A program made the translations under genes and the position numbers. The notes beneath the pieces were generated by a model. The model ran no database searches and was not told the origin of the DNA. It saw nothing but the letters and a program-made list of their open reading frames with translations. A stretch of DNA of 64,000 nucleotides from Chiloscyllium plagiosum. Taxonomy: Eukaryota. The DNA lies in contig NC_057711.1 in the NCBI RefSeq assembly GCF_004010195.1, positions 19,306,980 to 19,370,979 of the forward strand. The letters run 5' to 3'. Positions 13,201-25,190 of the stretch are shown piece by piece. Numbering within the stretch: the stretch's first letter is position 1; the number at the start of each line of letters is the position of its first letter.

Positions 13201-13590
13201 ATTAAAGCTTATTGTATTGTGGTCATTATCTCCTAATGGCTCCTTTACTTCGAGGTCCCTGATCAAATCTAGTTCGTTGCACAACACCAGATCCAGAATT
13301 GCTTTCTCCCTGGTAGACTCCAGCACAAGCTGTTCTAAGAATCCATCTAGGAGGCACTCCACAAACTGAGAGGCACCTTTTTACGCAAAAAGTGGCAAGA
13401 ACCTGGAATATGCTGCCAGAGGCGGTGGGAGAAGCAGATACAACAACAATGTTTAAGAGGCATTTTGACAGATACATAAATAAGAGATATGGACTACATA
13501 GAGGCAAGTGGTTTTTAGTTTACAAAGTCTTCATGTGTCAGTGCAGGCTTGATGGGCTGAAGGGCCTGATCCTGTGCTGTACTGTTTGTC
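10215..13590 (+). mobile_element. Older CR1 (RT to 3' end), split by a nested younger CR1
   Basis: Host reads ..gggaaagtttaaagaaga (about 10978), resumes at tgagaggcaccttttt (about 13367) and ends in a CR1 3' UTR at about 13590. Confidence 0.8.
10976..13365 (-). mobile_element. Nested 5'-truncated CR1 LINE, about 2.4 kb
   Basis: Minus-strand ORFs 12814-13362, 12400-12588, 12034-12348, 11822-12061 and 11154-11633 carry ORF2 motifs ([50 protein letters not shown]). Tail is (ctattgt)n. Confidence 0.95.
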
Positions 13591-14047
13591 ACTCTTCATA
13601 TTCTTTAATGTGTGCATCCGTATCTTAATTCTAAATCTAAGCTGAACCTTTGTTCAGCCACTAAAGTCCATTAGACTGAACAGTGACTAAGCTCCTGTGT
13701 CTAATTTAAAATCAAGATGATATCAGTGACAACTAACACTCCAGTATTGCCTTTCTTTGTCTATAATTTCGACAATGGAAGTGATTTTTTTTGGCTATTT
13801 GATGCCAGCGCTTATTTTCTAAGGCTTCCTTAAAATGCTTCTGTCTTGTCCTTTGCAAATATGATTTTTTTTAACAAGTGAACTACTGTTTTAAAATGAC
13901 TGGTTTTCCTACATGCAAAGATTTCAGTGGTTTGGGAGCTGGTGGGTGAGGGAAATGGAGTGAGGGGCAGGAGGGTGTTCTTTTTGCCTTCAGACCATCC
14001 AAAGAAACACCCAGGACTTCAGCAAGGTCCATGACTTTCTCTACACA

Positions 14048-14984
14048 GTTAACAATCACACAACACCAGGTTATAGTCCAACAGGTTTAATTGGAAGCAC
14101 TAGCTTTTGGAACACTGCTCCTTCATCAGGCAGTTGTGGAGGACACAATTGTAAGGCACAGAATTTATAGCAAAAGTTCACAGTGTGATGTAACTGAAAT
14201 TATACATTGAAAAATACCTTGATTGTCTGTTGAGTCTTTCATTTGTTCGAATACCATGATAGTTTCACTTCTTTCATGTGAAAATGACAATTTTATTTTT
14301 TTTAAAGTTGATTCTCAGGTTAACTGTAACAATTGGTTTCAGCTAGACAATATGTTGAAGGTGTTAGTTCCCTTTGTTCTCTGTCTATGCCATGAAGTTT
14401 AGATTGAGTGTAATCTAAAAAGTGAGATCACATGGACACACACATATAAATCTAGGGGTGAACTTGCATTTGTAGAATTGTGAATGCAGATACATTCTAT
14501 TTTGTTCAAAAAGCATACAATCTGCAGGCGATCCATGCAGGCAGTCAACGTTTGTAACAATTGATAAATTCCTACTTTGGAAATAAAAACAGTCTAACTC
14601 AAGATTGGGATACAGACAGACTCTAACCTCACAACTTTAATGCATTGTCTGAGCTGAGATGTCACCTTTTTTTAAAAAACCTTGTTATCTCAAGAATGTG
14701 GTTTGAAAGAAGTTCTGGGATTTACATATTAATGAACCGAAACCTGCAACCCATTCTAAAAGATGAAAGGCTTAACAGCAATCTAGGTTTGTTCAATATA
14801 TTATTTTAGTTGCATGCCAGTGTGATCATTTGCTAAAAATTCTGTGTCTTATGATCCTGCTATCTGATGAAGTAGCAGTGCTCTGAAAGCTGATACTTCC
14901 AAATGAACCTGTTGGACTATAACATGGTGTTGTGTGATTTGTAACTTAGCCCCACACCAGTCCAACACCGGCATCTCCACATCA
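14048..14984 (+). mobile_element. Long PLE family B inverted element
   Basis: Starts gttaacaatcacacaacaccagg and ends with the complementary arm plus tail ccagtccaacaccggcatctccacatca. Decayed hammerheads at about 14097-14131 (-) and 14861-14895 (+). Confidence 0.82.
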
Positions 14985-15172
14985 TTTTCCTACTTCCCAG
15001 GGTAAATGGCACCATCTGTTTTCTGCTTCCTTACACTCACTGGATCTCCACTACTGCACCTACTTCCATCGAACAGAGGTCTCTCACTCTCACTGTCGCA
15101 TGCCACATATTGCATCACTCGTTCTCAAACCTAGCCCGCCAATGCCACACAATGAATTCTGCACAGACTCTT

Positions 15173-15508
15173 GGGTAGCATAATTACTCAGTGGTTAGCA
15201 CTTTTGCCTCACTGTGCTAGAGACCTGGGTTCGATTCCAACCTTGGGCGACTGCCTGTGAGAATTTTGTGTTTTCTCCCGTGTCTGTATGGGTTTCCTCT
15301 GGATGGCGGTTTCCTTTCACAGTCCAAAAATGTGCAGGATAGGTGGATTGGCCGTTATGTCCAGGGATATGCAGGCCAGTGGGTTAGCCATGGGAAGTGC
15401 AGTGTTACAGGGACAGTGTGGGTCTGAATGGGATGCTTTCTGGAGGGTCAGTATGAATTTGATAGGTTGAATGGCCTGTTTCCCCACTGTGGGGATTTTA
15501 TGGTTCTG
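15173..15508 (+). mobile_element. HE1-like SINE, diverged
   Basis: cagtggttagcac, B box ggttcgattcc, core and 3' end similar to 3593-3918. Confidence 0.85.
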
Positions 15509-16115
15509 AGACTATACTCACTCGGGACATCGCACCACCTTTCCATAACTTGCAGTAGCAGTAACAATTTGTGTCAAATGCTTACATCTCACTGAATTCC
15601 TCCCTTTGTCTCATTCTAGGAGAAAATGGCCCATATCAGGGCAGAAACAGCTAAGAATGGTTGACATTTAGCTCCTCACAAACCTACAGGGAGAAGATCT
15701 TACTTGAACTCAACAAGTGGCCAATTGACAATCCTAAGCAAGACTCCTTTAAATGATTATATTTTCAGGCATCTGAGGTCCATCTGCGGCAATGATTTCT
15801 GAAACACCAATTGGCATGCACAGAATCTTGGGAGAACATTGGAGAACACTCTTATCTTGACTTACCTTTGAGTACAGACAAAAAAAAAGGCAGCTTATCA
15901 TGGCTGTCAGTCAATGGGGTGGACATGTTACAGTGTGGCCTTGTGTTACACCTGCACTATGTGGAAAACACATGTGCTTCAAACAAATGGCAAAGTCTCA
16001 AGATATAAGGGTTTCCCACTCAAATCAAAGGAGGCATCCTTCAGTCAAGAGGTTCTGGAACAGTGAGACAAGGGCAACCTCCAACATCAGCCCAAGTATT
16101 TGGGATCAGTGATTG

Positions 16116-16283
16116 AGCATCTGAGGAGCAGGAGAGTTGATGTTTTGAGCATAAGCCTTTAATCAGGAATTTCTGATGAAGAGTTTATACTCGAAACGTC
16201 AACTCTCCTGCACCTCGGATGTTGTCTGACTGACTGTGCTTTCCAACACCACACTTTTCGATTCTGATCCCCAGCATCTGCTG
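16116..16283 (+). mobile_element. PLE family A-related palindrome
   Basis: Inverted arms around ggaattt (16166-16172), tail tctgatccccagcatctgc. Confidence 0.78.
16171..16202 (+). ncRNA. Minimal type-I hammerhead ribozyme motif
   Basis: tt CTGATGA a GAGT ttat ACTC GAAAC GTC aa. The core is intact, stem II has 4 bp and stem I only about 2 bp. Confidence 0.65.
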
Positions 16284-17939
16284 GAAAATGAAGCATTTTG
16301 GTCTAAATGTCGAGAACTGCCTTACGGGACAATTCACCTCACCTTGTCATATTTCCTTCCATGTCCCACAGCATTCAGGGACTGGGAAGACTCTGCCTTA
16401 TTTATTCTTGGCTGGGTGAAGTAAAGCCCTAAATGTGGGAGTTGTCTGAGCTAAAACATTTCTGAAAAAAAAAGAAAGCACATAATTTGAAATAAACCAC
16501 TTGCAATGGGAAATATGACCTCCATTGTCACTTTGTAAGAAGTTTTCAAGGTGGTTCTGCTGGTACAGATAATTGGATATGCTTGAGCCAAAAAGAAGGT
16601 GGACTCCCAGGGGTAACTGACCTTCAAAGTCAGGTAAAAGAGCACAAAGAGGTTCATCAGCACAATCACTCTGAAGTTTCACTTCAAAAAATCTAATTCA
16701 AACAGAATATGTCCTCAATGCTCAATTTCTAAGTAAGTGGATTTTTTTTCTTTCACAGAACAAGGCAAAGCATTAGATCTAATGCCCCAGTCATCGAAGT
16801 GAAGAACTCTCAGTCAACGACCTCAATAGATATATAAATATAACCCACAAAGATCATAAAGATTAAAGAATAACAGATATTTTTGGCAGACTGTACCAGT
16901 CATAATCGAGAACATTGAGCTTGAATCATTCCCTCAGCCTGCAGTCTGTAAGTACATGCTCATTGATAAACAACTTTAAATGGCTCATGTATGAAAAGTG
17001 AGAAGGCCTTCAGGTTATGTTCTTGGGCCACAAAACTCTGCAAATAATTCCTCCACTAAATGAACTGTTACTTCTGAAATCACGATTAAATTCTCATTGA
17101 CAACATCCTATCCAATTAATTTTCCATCTTTGGTAAAGCCAGAAATTCCATTTTTAAAACACCTTTCATGGTTTCAAAATATTCAAAAGAGTCTAACAGA
17201 GAACTTCATGATTCTGAAGTGTATTCACTGTGATAATATAACAGTCACAACAGTCAGTTTTGAACACAGCAAGGTCGATAAATGACATGATCATTTGTTT
17301 TTATTGATCAGATAAATCTGGCCAGGGGAAACTGAGGGCCAACGCAAACATGATGGAATGAACAGTCTCCTTTAGTACTGTAAGTGTTCCATAGTTGTAT
17401 GCCAGATTTACAGCAACAAAATGTGCAGCTCAAATCAGGATGTTTCTCAACTGACTAGAAACACCTTTGTTGAAAGGTCCCTGACTGATGTGATCTTTGC
17501 TCTGGGGTGTTGTGAGCTGAATGGACTTTAGGCTATTGACCCAGAAGCAGTGTACAGGTGATCAATGGGTCATTGAGATGGTGATGTGCGCTGCTTAAAA
17601 GGCTTTCTGAGATTTTCCCTGTAGTAATAAAGGCCATTAGTCTCTCTAGCCCTCACTCCTCACACCTCTTCACCTCTCACCCAAGCTCCATGCCAACTCC
17701 TCAAATCAACTCAGGCTAACTCATGCCTCTTCTCTACCCCTCCCCATGGCCCCACTGACCTTTTGTATAAGTTCATAGCTCTTAAATGTCCATCCATGTA
17801 TTGTACAATATGTACAAAAAGGAATGAACTAATAAATACATCCAGTTCGACTGAACGATCTTACACCTATCCTCATAAGCATGTTTGGCCAAGAGCCAAG
17901 ATTCATTGCAGACTGTCTCATAAGGAGTTATGGTTTAAC

Positions 17940-19400
17940 CATTGGCGAAAATTGTTTTCTTTGCTTGATTGACGACTTGACAACATACCCAATGACTGAG
18001 CTTCTGGAGAAGAACATTCCACAGATTTGGAGCTCTCTGATTAAAGGTATTTCCTCATCCCAGTTCTTCAGTGGCTTCCCCCTCATTTTGCTTGCATCTA
18101 CCATGTCTTCACTTTTAAGTATTTTGTAGGTTTAAATAAGATCATCTCTCATTCCTTGAAACTCCAAAGAGTGCAGACCCAGTTTGCCCAATCTATTTTC
18201 ATTGGGCAGACGCACGATCCTAGGATCAAATCTGGTGACCCTTTTTGCATTCAATTTATGGCATTAAAATTTTTTCCTAAGGTAAATGGACCAATATTGC
18301 AAAGGACTCCAGGTGCTCTAAACAAGCTTCTATACAATTGGACAATCAGAACACTTATGGTACAGTAGTACTGTCCCTACCTCTGGGCCAGCAGGCCATT
18401 GTTCAAGTCTCACCTTCTCCAGAGGTGTACTGTAATATCTCTGCATTGGTTGTTTCAAAAATATCTTGAACTATTGAAGCAGAACTTTGTTACTCATGTA
18501 CTTAAATGTCTTTGTGATAATGGCTAATATACCATTACCCTTGTTAAATGTTTGCTGCACTTGCATGATTCAGTGATTTATTGACGAGGTCATCAAATGA
18601 GGTTCTGTGGTAAGAACTTAGAAATAAAAAGGGGACAGTTTATATTAAGAGTGTACTATGGGCGCCCAAACAATCAGTGGGCAATTGAGGTGTAGGTCAG
18701 TTCACTAATGTGTGTAAAACTGGTGGGAGACCTAGTAGTATCATTGTTAGGCTATTAATGCAGAGACCCAGATAATATTAATCGAATGGTCAATAACAGG
18801 GGGCTATTGTTTTAAAATGAGAAGTAGGAGTTTGGAGGGAACTTGAGGAAAAGCATTTTCAGTCAGAGGGTGGTGAGGGCCTGGAATGCAGGTCTGGGAG
18901 GTTATTTGCATTGGGAAAACTCACAACATTGAAAAAGTACTTGGATGAACACTTAAAGAGTCATAACATTCAAGGCTATGGGACAAGTGTGGGTAAGAGG
19001 AACTAATGTGGGTAGTCATGTTTTTGGGCCAAAAGGCCACTTCAGTACTATATTATTCTATGAGAACATTTCCAGGTGCCTTTACATCTTCTAATTTTCA
19101 TGATATAAGAAATACTCTATTCCTGCTATAAGTGTGGATAACCTTACATTTCTCAACATAGAACATACAACAGTACAGCACAGTACAGGACCTTTGGACC
19201 ACAATGTTGTGCCAAGCATTTATCTTAATTTAAGATCAACCTAACTTACACACTCCTCAATTTAATTGTGTCCATCTACTATTTTCTCACCCACTCACAA
19301 AACTGTTCAGATCCTTTTGAAGATCCTTTGCATCTCTGTCACAACACACATTCCACTTAGCTCCGTGTCATCCTTAAATGTCGAATATATTACATTTGCT
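17940..19400. mobile_element. Degraded CR1 fragments on both strands with small SINE pieces
   Basis: Minus-strand CR1 C-terminal motifs. Plus-strand 3' end at about 18790-19060 (cagagggtggtgagggcctggaatgca). Confidence 0.6.
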
Positions 19401-21378
19401 CCGAGAGATGTGAGTAATACAACATAATTTGCCATACACTGTTTCGTTAGGGAGATTATTGGCACCCTCTATTGAGAGACAATTGATGAGAGTTCACTTT
19501 TTCGTCTTTGATCTTTTTTACTGGATGTATGCATCATTGGCAGTACTAGCATCCCTCAATGTCCATGACCTGAATGGCTCATGAGGCCATTTCAGAGGAT
19601 AGCTGAGAAATAACCACATTGCCTTCTCTCAGTTACTTACAATAGCACAGTGATCACTCAACCACGAGAGTTGGCAGAGAATAAACACTTCAAACCAAAT
19701 AATGATTAACTGGCAGTATGTGCAGACCCTGACATGCAGGTGTAAGGGTGTGAAAATACTGTGTGAGGGTGAAATAAGTCTATGAATGTGAAGTGTTGCT
19801 TGCAGCTGGAGCGAGAACTACAAGTTGGTCCCATATCATGATAAACTATCTAACTATTCTAAGTATAAACCTGATTTTGTTAACTGCAGGATCCCTTTTA
19901 TGCATTTATCTGGCTGTAGTCATGCGGTATTTTAAAGGGTCTGACATGTGCAGTGCTTACGCTGGACTGTAGCGTTGTTTTGTGATCATGTGGTCATACC
20001 TTTCCATGGAACATTGAGCACAATCCCTGTGCCCATTTCATGGGAATATCCAATTCAGCTCCCACTATATCCTCAGAAATCTATTACCATTCAACCAATA
20101 AGTGCAACCACATTAACATAACAGATAAACTGATGGTTATCACTTTGCTGACTGCACATTGCAATCATATTTCGCTATGTTATGATAATGATGATGCTTC
20201 AACAACATTTACTTGGGCCATTCTCAGATTGTGAAAGCACATTAATAATAGGTGCTTTTCCTTTCATCATTATTTGTTCTGTTTAGATCTTGATGTTTGT
20301 ATTTTGAGGATAGATACTTCGGTAGATTCCAAGCTTTTTTTAAATGGATATACAAATGCATGTCCTGTCTTTCTTTTGGACTGTTAACTTAGAGTCAGTA
20401 ATGTAGAAAATGGATAGTACTGCTTTGACCTGGAGGCAGAAAATAATCCCTGTACTGGAACTGGTAGACCCAAGGCTCATTTGAGATTTTGCCTCAGAGC
20501 TGTTTAAAATGGTGAACTATGTGCTTTGGTTGTACATTTCTGGGTGGCTCACAGGTAAATCATATGTTAATTTCCTGGCCACTGCGATGCTAGAATTAGT
20601 TTTCTAGCTGTTGGAGGCAACAGGTCATTGGCACAGTGCCAGTAATCAGAGGCAGTCAAATGGCTTAAAGACTCCTGTGAAGCCAGGAAAGGTTCATACT
20701 GGCTTCAGAAACCTAGATTTTATGTGACATCCTCCAGTTATCTCTGTCAAGAATATGGTTCTGCTGCAAGAAGATCAACTTGTCATGAAGACAGCAATCC
20801 TGGTATTGATTGCTTTGAGTAAATCTTCAGGTTGGGGTCCTAAAAGAACCAATGTCATTTTTCCAAGTCAAATGAAGTAGCTGAACAAAGAACAAAGAAC
20901 AATATAGCACAGGAACAGGCTCTTCGATCCTCCAAGCTTGCACCAACACATGTTGCCCTTCCATACAAGGTCTGTGTGATCTTCCAAATTATCCAACGCT
21001 ACTTCATTGCATGAACTGATGTACATTAAACTAGTCTTGAATGCTATTTAGTTGTTTCCAACTTGGACATCTATTATTATTCTGATTTATGCTTCTTATT
21101 AAAGTATTAGTTAACATATACAAGGGACCATAAGTCTGCTGTTGGTGGTCATCAGGGATGGCTGAAAAATTATCAGATATAACCCGGAGTAGATTGTATT
21201 TCAGGTGTCCCTGGTCATTATTCTCCTATTCTAGTTAAATTAATTTGCCTCCACATTATCCGATTCTTCCTACATTTTAGATATGCTGATCATGTCATAC
21301 CCCTTTAATGTTCATATCTGAAAGACTTAAACTCTGAAATTGTCATGCTGTGTTCTTTTGACATTTTCTGTGGTGCAG

Positions 21379-21450
21379 AAATTATAACATTCAGCTCCAG
21401 CTGTGGAAGCTCATTCGATTGGCGATCAGATCGGGGAACCATGCATGGGG
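21379..21450 (+). CDS. Candidate 72-bp internal exon of an unidentified gene
   Basis: Acceptor ttttgacattttctgtggtgcag, donor gtcagt, length divisible by 3, open in two frames (IITFSSSCGSSFDWRSDRGTMHG or NYNIQLQLWKLIRLAIRSGNHAW), CpGs retained in unique DNA. Confidence 0.25.
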
Positions 21451-22748
21451 GTCAGTGCTTCTGATTCTGCAGCCATTGCATCCAACATCCTTTCTCAAAA
21501 CCTTTTTTGTGTTACTTTATCAACATCTCACAGAAATTCAGTACCCCATTCTGCTACGAATAAATGTATTCACATATGCAATACCTCATCCAATATTGCC
21601 TGCTGAACTGATACTTGGTTAACTATCATGTTTGGTCAAATTTGTCTTAATTTAAACTCTTGATATCATGGCAACCAACAAAAAATGTAATTATATTTGT
21701 GCCAGTAAGTTTTACATTTACATTTTACAGTGTTAAGTCTCATCACTTTATTTCAGCCAGAATTAATTCAGCTGAGAATTAGACTAGCTACCGTCACTGT
21801 GTCCATAGCAACAATGAACCTAATCCAATTGACAAGGGATAATTTGAAATATTAAATTTTAATTTCCTGATCAGTCAACTGAAAAATTGAGTTAATATTA
21901 AATATTTGATTATTGGACCAAATATTGTATTCGCTACTAAATACCACTCCCAACATTTTACATTCTAGTTATAATATGTTGGCAATCCTATTGTTCATCC
22001 AGTTGTCAGGATCTTTCAAGAGGTGCAATGTTTCCCAAAGAGTTTTCTTCTGCTCTTTCAAATGAGTAGATCATTAAGGAAGGAGAAGCCTGAGGATTGA
22101 TCTTAAATTCCAGCCTGGGGCCTCATTTATATCTGACAATTGAGCTGTGAATACCAACTGTTTCAGTCTTCTTGGAGTGGTTGTGTGATGAACCACCCAA
22201 TTGGTACTCTGGGTATAACTTAGGATTTTGAATGACTTTGATTTAGAACTATACTGTGAATGTCCTCCTGTCTGGGGCTGTCCACCTTCGCACCCTACAC
22301 CTGAAAGTTGTGACTGGAACTGTATAACCAAACTAATACAAACAAATCAGTTAAGTCACTCAATATCATTTTCAAACTGCTCTATAATTGCACCAGACAT
22401 TGGAATTAAACTTGATCCTGCCTACATCTTCCTCAAATCCAACATGAGAGAAAACCACAGACTTCTTTCTCACTAAAATTGAAATTAGTCTTTCAGCTAC
22501 GTCTAAACTTCTCTCCATATAATTCAGTTCACAAGTTAGTTTTTTCCCTACACCTGTGCTTTCCTGATTTGCTTTGTTATTCCACCATTAATGGCTTTGA
22601 CTTCAGTTGAGGAACTAATGGTCCAGCATTCTGGAACTTAACCTCTCCAACTTTCTATGCCACTTTTCTCCTTCAGGAAGCTTATTAAAGATACCTCTTT
22701 TACTTATCAGTCTTGGTGTCAGTTTTTGGTTGGTAATGTTAATCTGAA

Positions 22749-22863
22749 CTGAAAAATGTGTTGCTGGAAAAGCGCAGCAGGTCAGGCAGCATCCTGGGTT
22801 GCGCTTTTCCAGCAACACATTTTTCAGCTCTGATCTCCAGCATCTGCAGTCCTCACTTTCTCC
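22749..22863 (+). mobile_element. Short PLE family A palindrome lacking the ribozyme
   Basis: Perfect 14-bp TSD aatgttaatctgaa at 22735-22748 and 22864-22877. Arms ctgaaaaatgtgttgctgg / ccagcaacacatttttcag plus the 35-nt tail. Confidence 0.9.
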
Positions 22864-23084
22864 AATGTTAATCTGAAGCTTTACATATTAACAGTTTCAG
22901 ATAAAGACATTTTGTTGTCCTATATTTAACAAGCTGGTTCATCTGGATTTTGCTGTACAAATTCAACAAATTTTTCCCAATCCTCTCTCATGGTAAATTA
23001 CCAGCTAGCTGTAATGGGTCAAATTACATCACGAGTGAACATTGTTACTTTTCAAGTTGACATTGTTAGTATATTAAATAAAGC

Positions 23085-23240
23085 ATGGAACTGCGGATAC
23101 TGGAAGTAGAATTTTCTGGAGAAACTCAGCAAGTCCAGCAGTATCTGCAGAGAGAAAGCAGGATTAATGTTTCATATCCAATACTCATTCTTCAAAACTG
23201 GTCACTGGACTCAAAATGTTGGCACTGCTTTCTCTCCATT
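23085..23240 (-). mobile_element. Old PLE-end-derived fragment, distant family A relative
   Basis: actgcggatactgga..ctggagaaactcagcaagtccagcagtatctg resembles the family A tail and arm. A short inverted arm ends ctgctttctctcca. Confidence 0.5.
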
Positions 23241-23341
23241 GTTAGAATATTTTTAGAAAGAACAATATGAATTATTGTATATTCAAGAGGTGATTAGATA
23301 TAGCATTTGTGTCAAATAGGATCAAAGGTTAGTTACAGGTG

Positions 23342-23420
23342 ACCTGTTGGACTATAACCTGGTGTTGTGTGATTTTTAACTTTGTACATCCCAGTCCAAC
23401 ACCGGCATCTCCAAATCATG
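23342..23420 (+). mobile_element. PLE family B 3' end fragment
   Basis: acctgttggactataacctggtgttgtgtgatttttaactttgtacatcccagtccaacaccggcatctccaaatca. Confidence 0.8.
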
Positions 23421-24029
23421 ACCATCAGAGATATACTAAGCAAGTGAGCTGCTTTTTCCTGATTGTCTGTAATACATGAGAATAGTATGCTGTAAAAACT
23501 TTAAAAATGAAGCTATTTCATGTGTGGTGATAAATCAATACAGGTCCTTAGCAGCACATTTCTTTTGAAAATTCAGTGTTTGCTGAAGAGAGTAGAATAT
23601 CCTTAGATTTTAAGGGTGATACTTTGTAATGGTTGACAACTGCAATTTAAACCATAATTGGGTAACTATAGTCACACAATCTATAACACAACTATTGACT
23701 ATTAGTCAAACTCATATTACCAAATTAATTGTTATGAGGCTTATAGCTTATAATTTATTATTCATGAGGCAAAAAGAAACAACCTTTATCACTCTTAAAT
23801 AGGCGTTCATGTCTTCTTTATTGATTATAAGATGTATTTATTGCACATTTAACTCTTTAGTCACTGAAATAAACTGCATTAATCCATAGTTACAAGTACT
23901 TTGTGTGTGAACAGTATTAACCCTTAAACTGTCAGCAGATGCAAGGTCTCCCAACTCTTTGGCCATTTTAATTAAATTTTATCAGAGATTAGCTAAATTT
24001 GGTGAAGTAGACTGGAAAGTGTGAGGCTT

Positions 24030-24330
24030 TTTAACTAGGAGACACAGGTAGAAGGTGCGGGGAGGGAAGGTTAAAAGAGATGTGTGAGGTAAGTATTTCA
24101 CACAAAGGGTGGTGAGTGCCTGGAACGCGTTGACAGAGGAGGTAATGGAAGTTGACACAATAGCAGCATTCAGGAAGCACCTGGACAAATACATGAGTGG
24201 GAAGGGAATAGAGAGATACGGATCCTGGAAGTGAAGACAGTTTTCATGTGGAAGGGCTAGTATGTAGGCACAAGCTTGAAGGGCCAAAGGGTCTGTCCCT
24301 CTGCTGTACTGATCTTTGTTCTTTGTTCTA
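24030..24330 (+). mobile_element. CR1 3' end
   Basis: ttcacacaaagggtggtgagtgcctggaacgc..gaagggccaaagggtctgt..(ctttgtt)n tail. Confidence 0.8.
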
Positions 24331-24982
24331 AATGGAAGTGTTGTAAGTTTCATGGAGTATTTCTCTCCGTGAACCTTAATGAGTTTTCTCCCGCTATCTT
24401 CCCAAGTTCTCGTGGTTACATATGCACCATTTTCCTGTGCTGCCCTGTTTCTTGCATTCTCTCATGAACCACAAGTGGAAATATTGTCTACCTCTGGGAT
24501 ATCCCAACTTTATGCCCTGTGCATTTGCTCAAGTGCTGGCAGTCCTGTATGCGTTTCTGTAAATTGTGCCAGACTTGTCAGATAGAGAGAAATACCATTT
24601 TGCCAACAGTGACATGGAGATCCTGGAGAATAGGGAATGTGTGTGGTTGCTGCCCGTGGAGCTTGCCCTGTGATATGGGCACTGATCTGAAGGGCTACAG
24701 GAGCAATTGACAAGCTGGAGTCATTAGTAACCACACTGAATTTCATGTTGGGAATTGTTACCTTCTCATTTGTATCTGTGGGAGAATAGGAAATTTCACT
24801 TTAATGTGGTGATAATAAAGATTTTACGGCTTGCTGAAGCATGCAAATAATCCTTTCGCTAGTGAGAACCACATTTCACTCTTCAATATTTGGTTGAAAA
24901 ATAGAACTCTTTGCTCTCAACATTACAAATCTCCTTATTGCTAACCTTATGTGATTCTCTCAATGTTCTCACCAATGTACAT

Positions 24983-25190
24983 AAAGTCATAGAGATCCAC
25001 AACATTCTTTGGCCTATTACCTCTATGCTGGTCAAAAATGACTACCAAACTATTCTAATCCATTTTCCCCAGCACTTGAAGCATGTCTTCAGCATCGCAA
25101 GTGCCCATCTAAATACTCCTTCAATGTTATGAGGGGTTCTGCCTCTACCATCCTTACAGGCAGTGAGTTTCCAAATTCCCACCACTCTCT
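24983..25190 (-). mobile_element. CR1 3' end, degraded
   Basis: cataaagtcatagag tail and ctctaccatccttacaggcagtgagtttccaaattcccaccactctc. Confidence 0.65.

Noticed and set aside
16759-16947. Strong acceptor (ttttttttctttcacag) and donor (gtaagt) 189 bp apart
   Set aside because: There are stop codons in all three frames. It could only be a non-coding exon, which cannot be supported from sequence alone.
20393-20830. Exon-like segments with in-frame TGA (selenocysteine idea)
   Set aside because: There are additional stops, no selenoprotein motif and no recognisable SECIS. This is compatible with chance.
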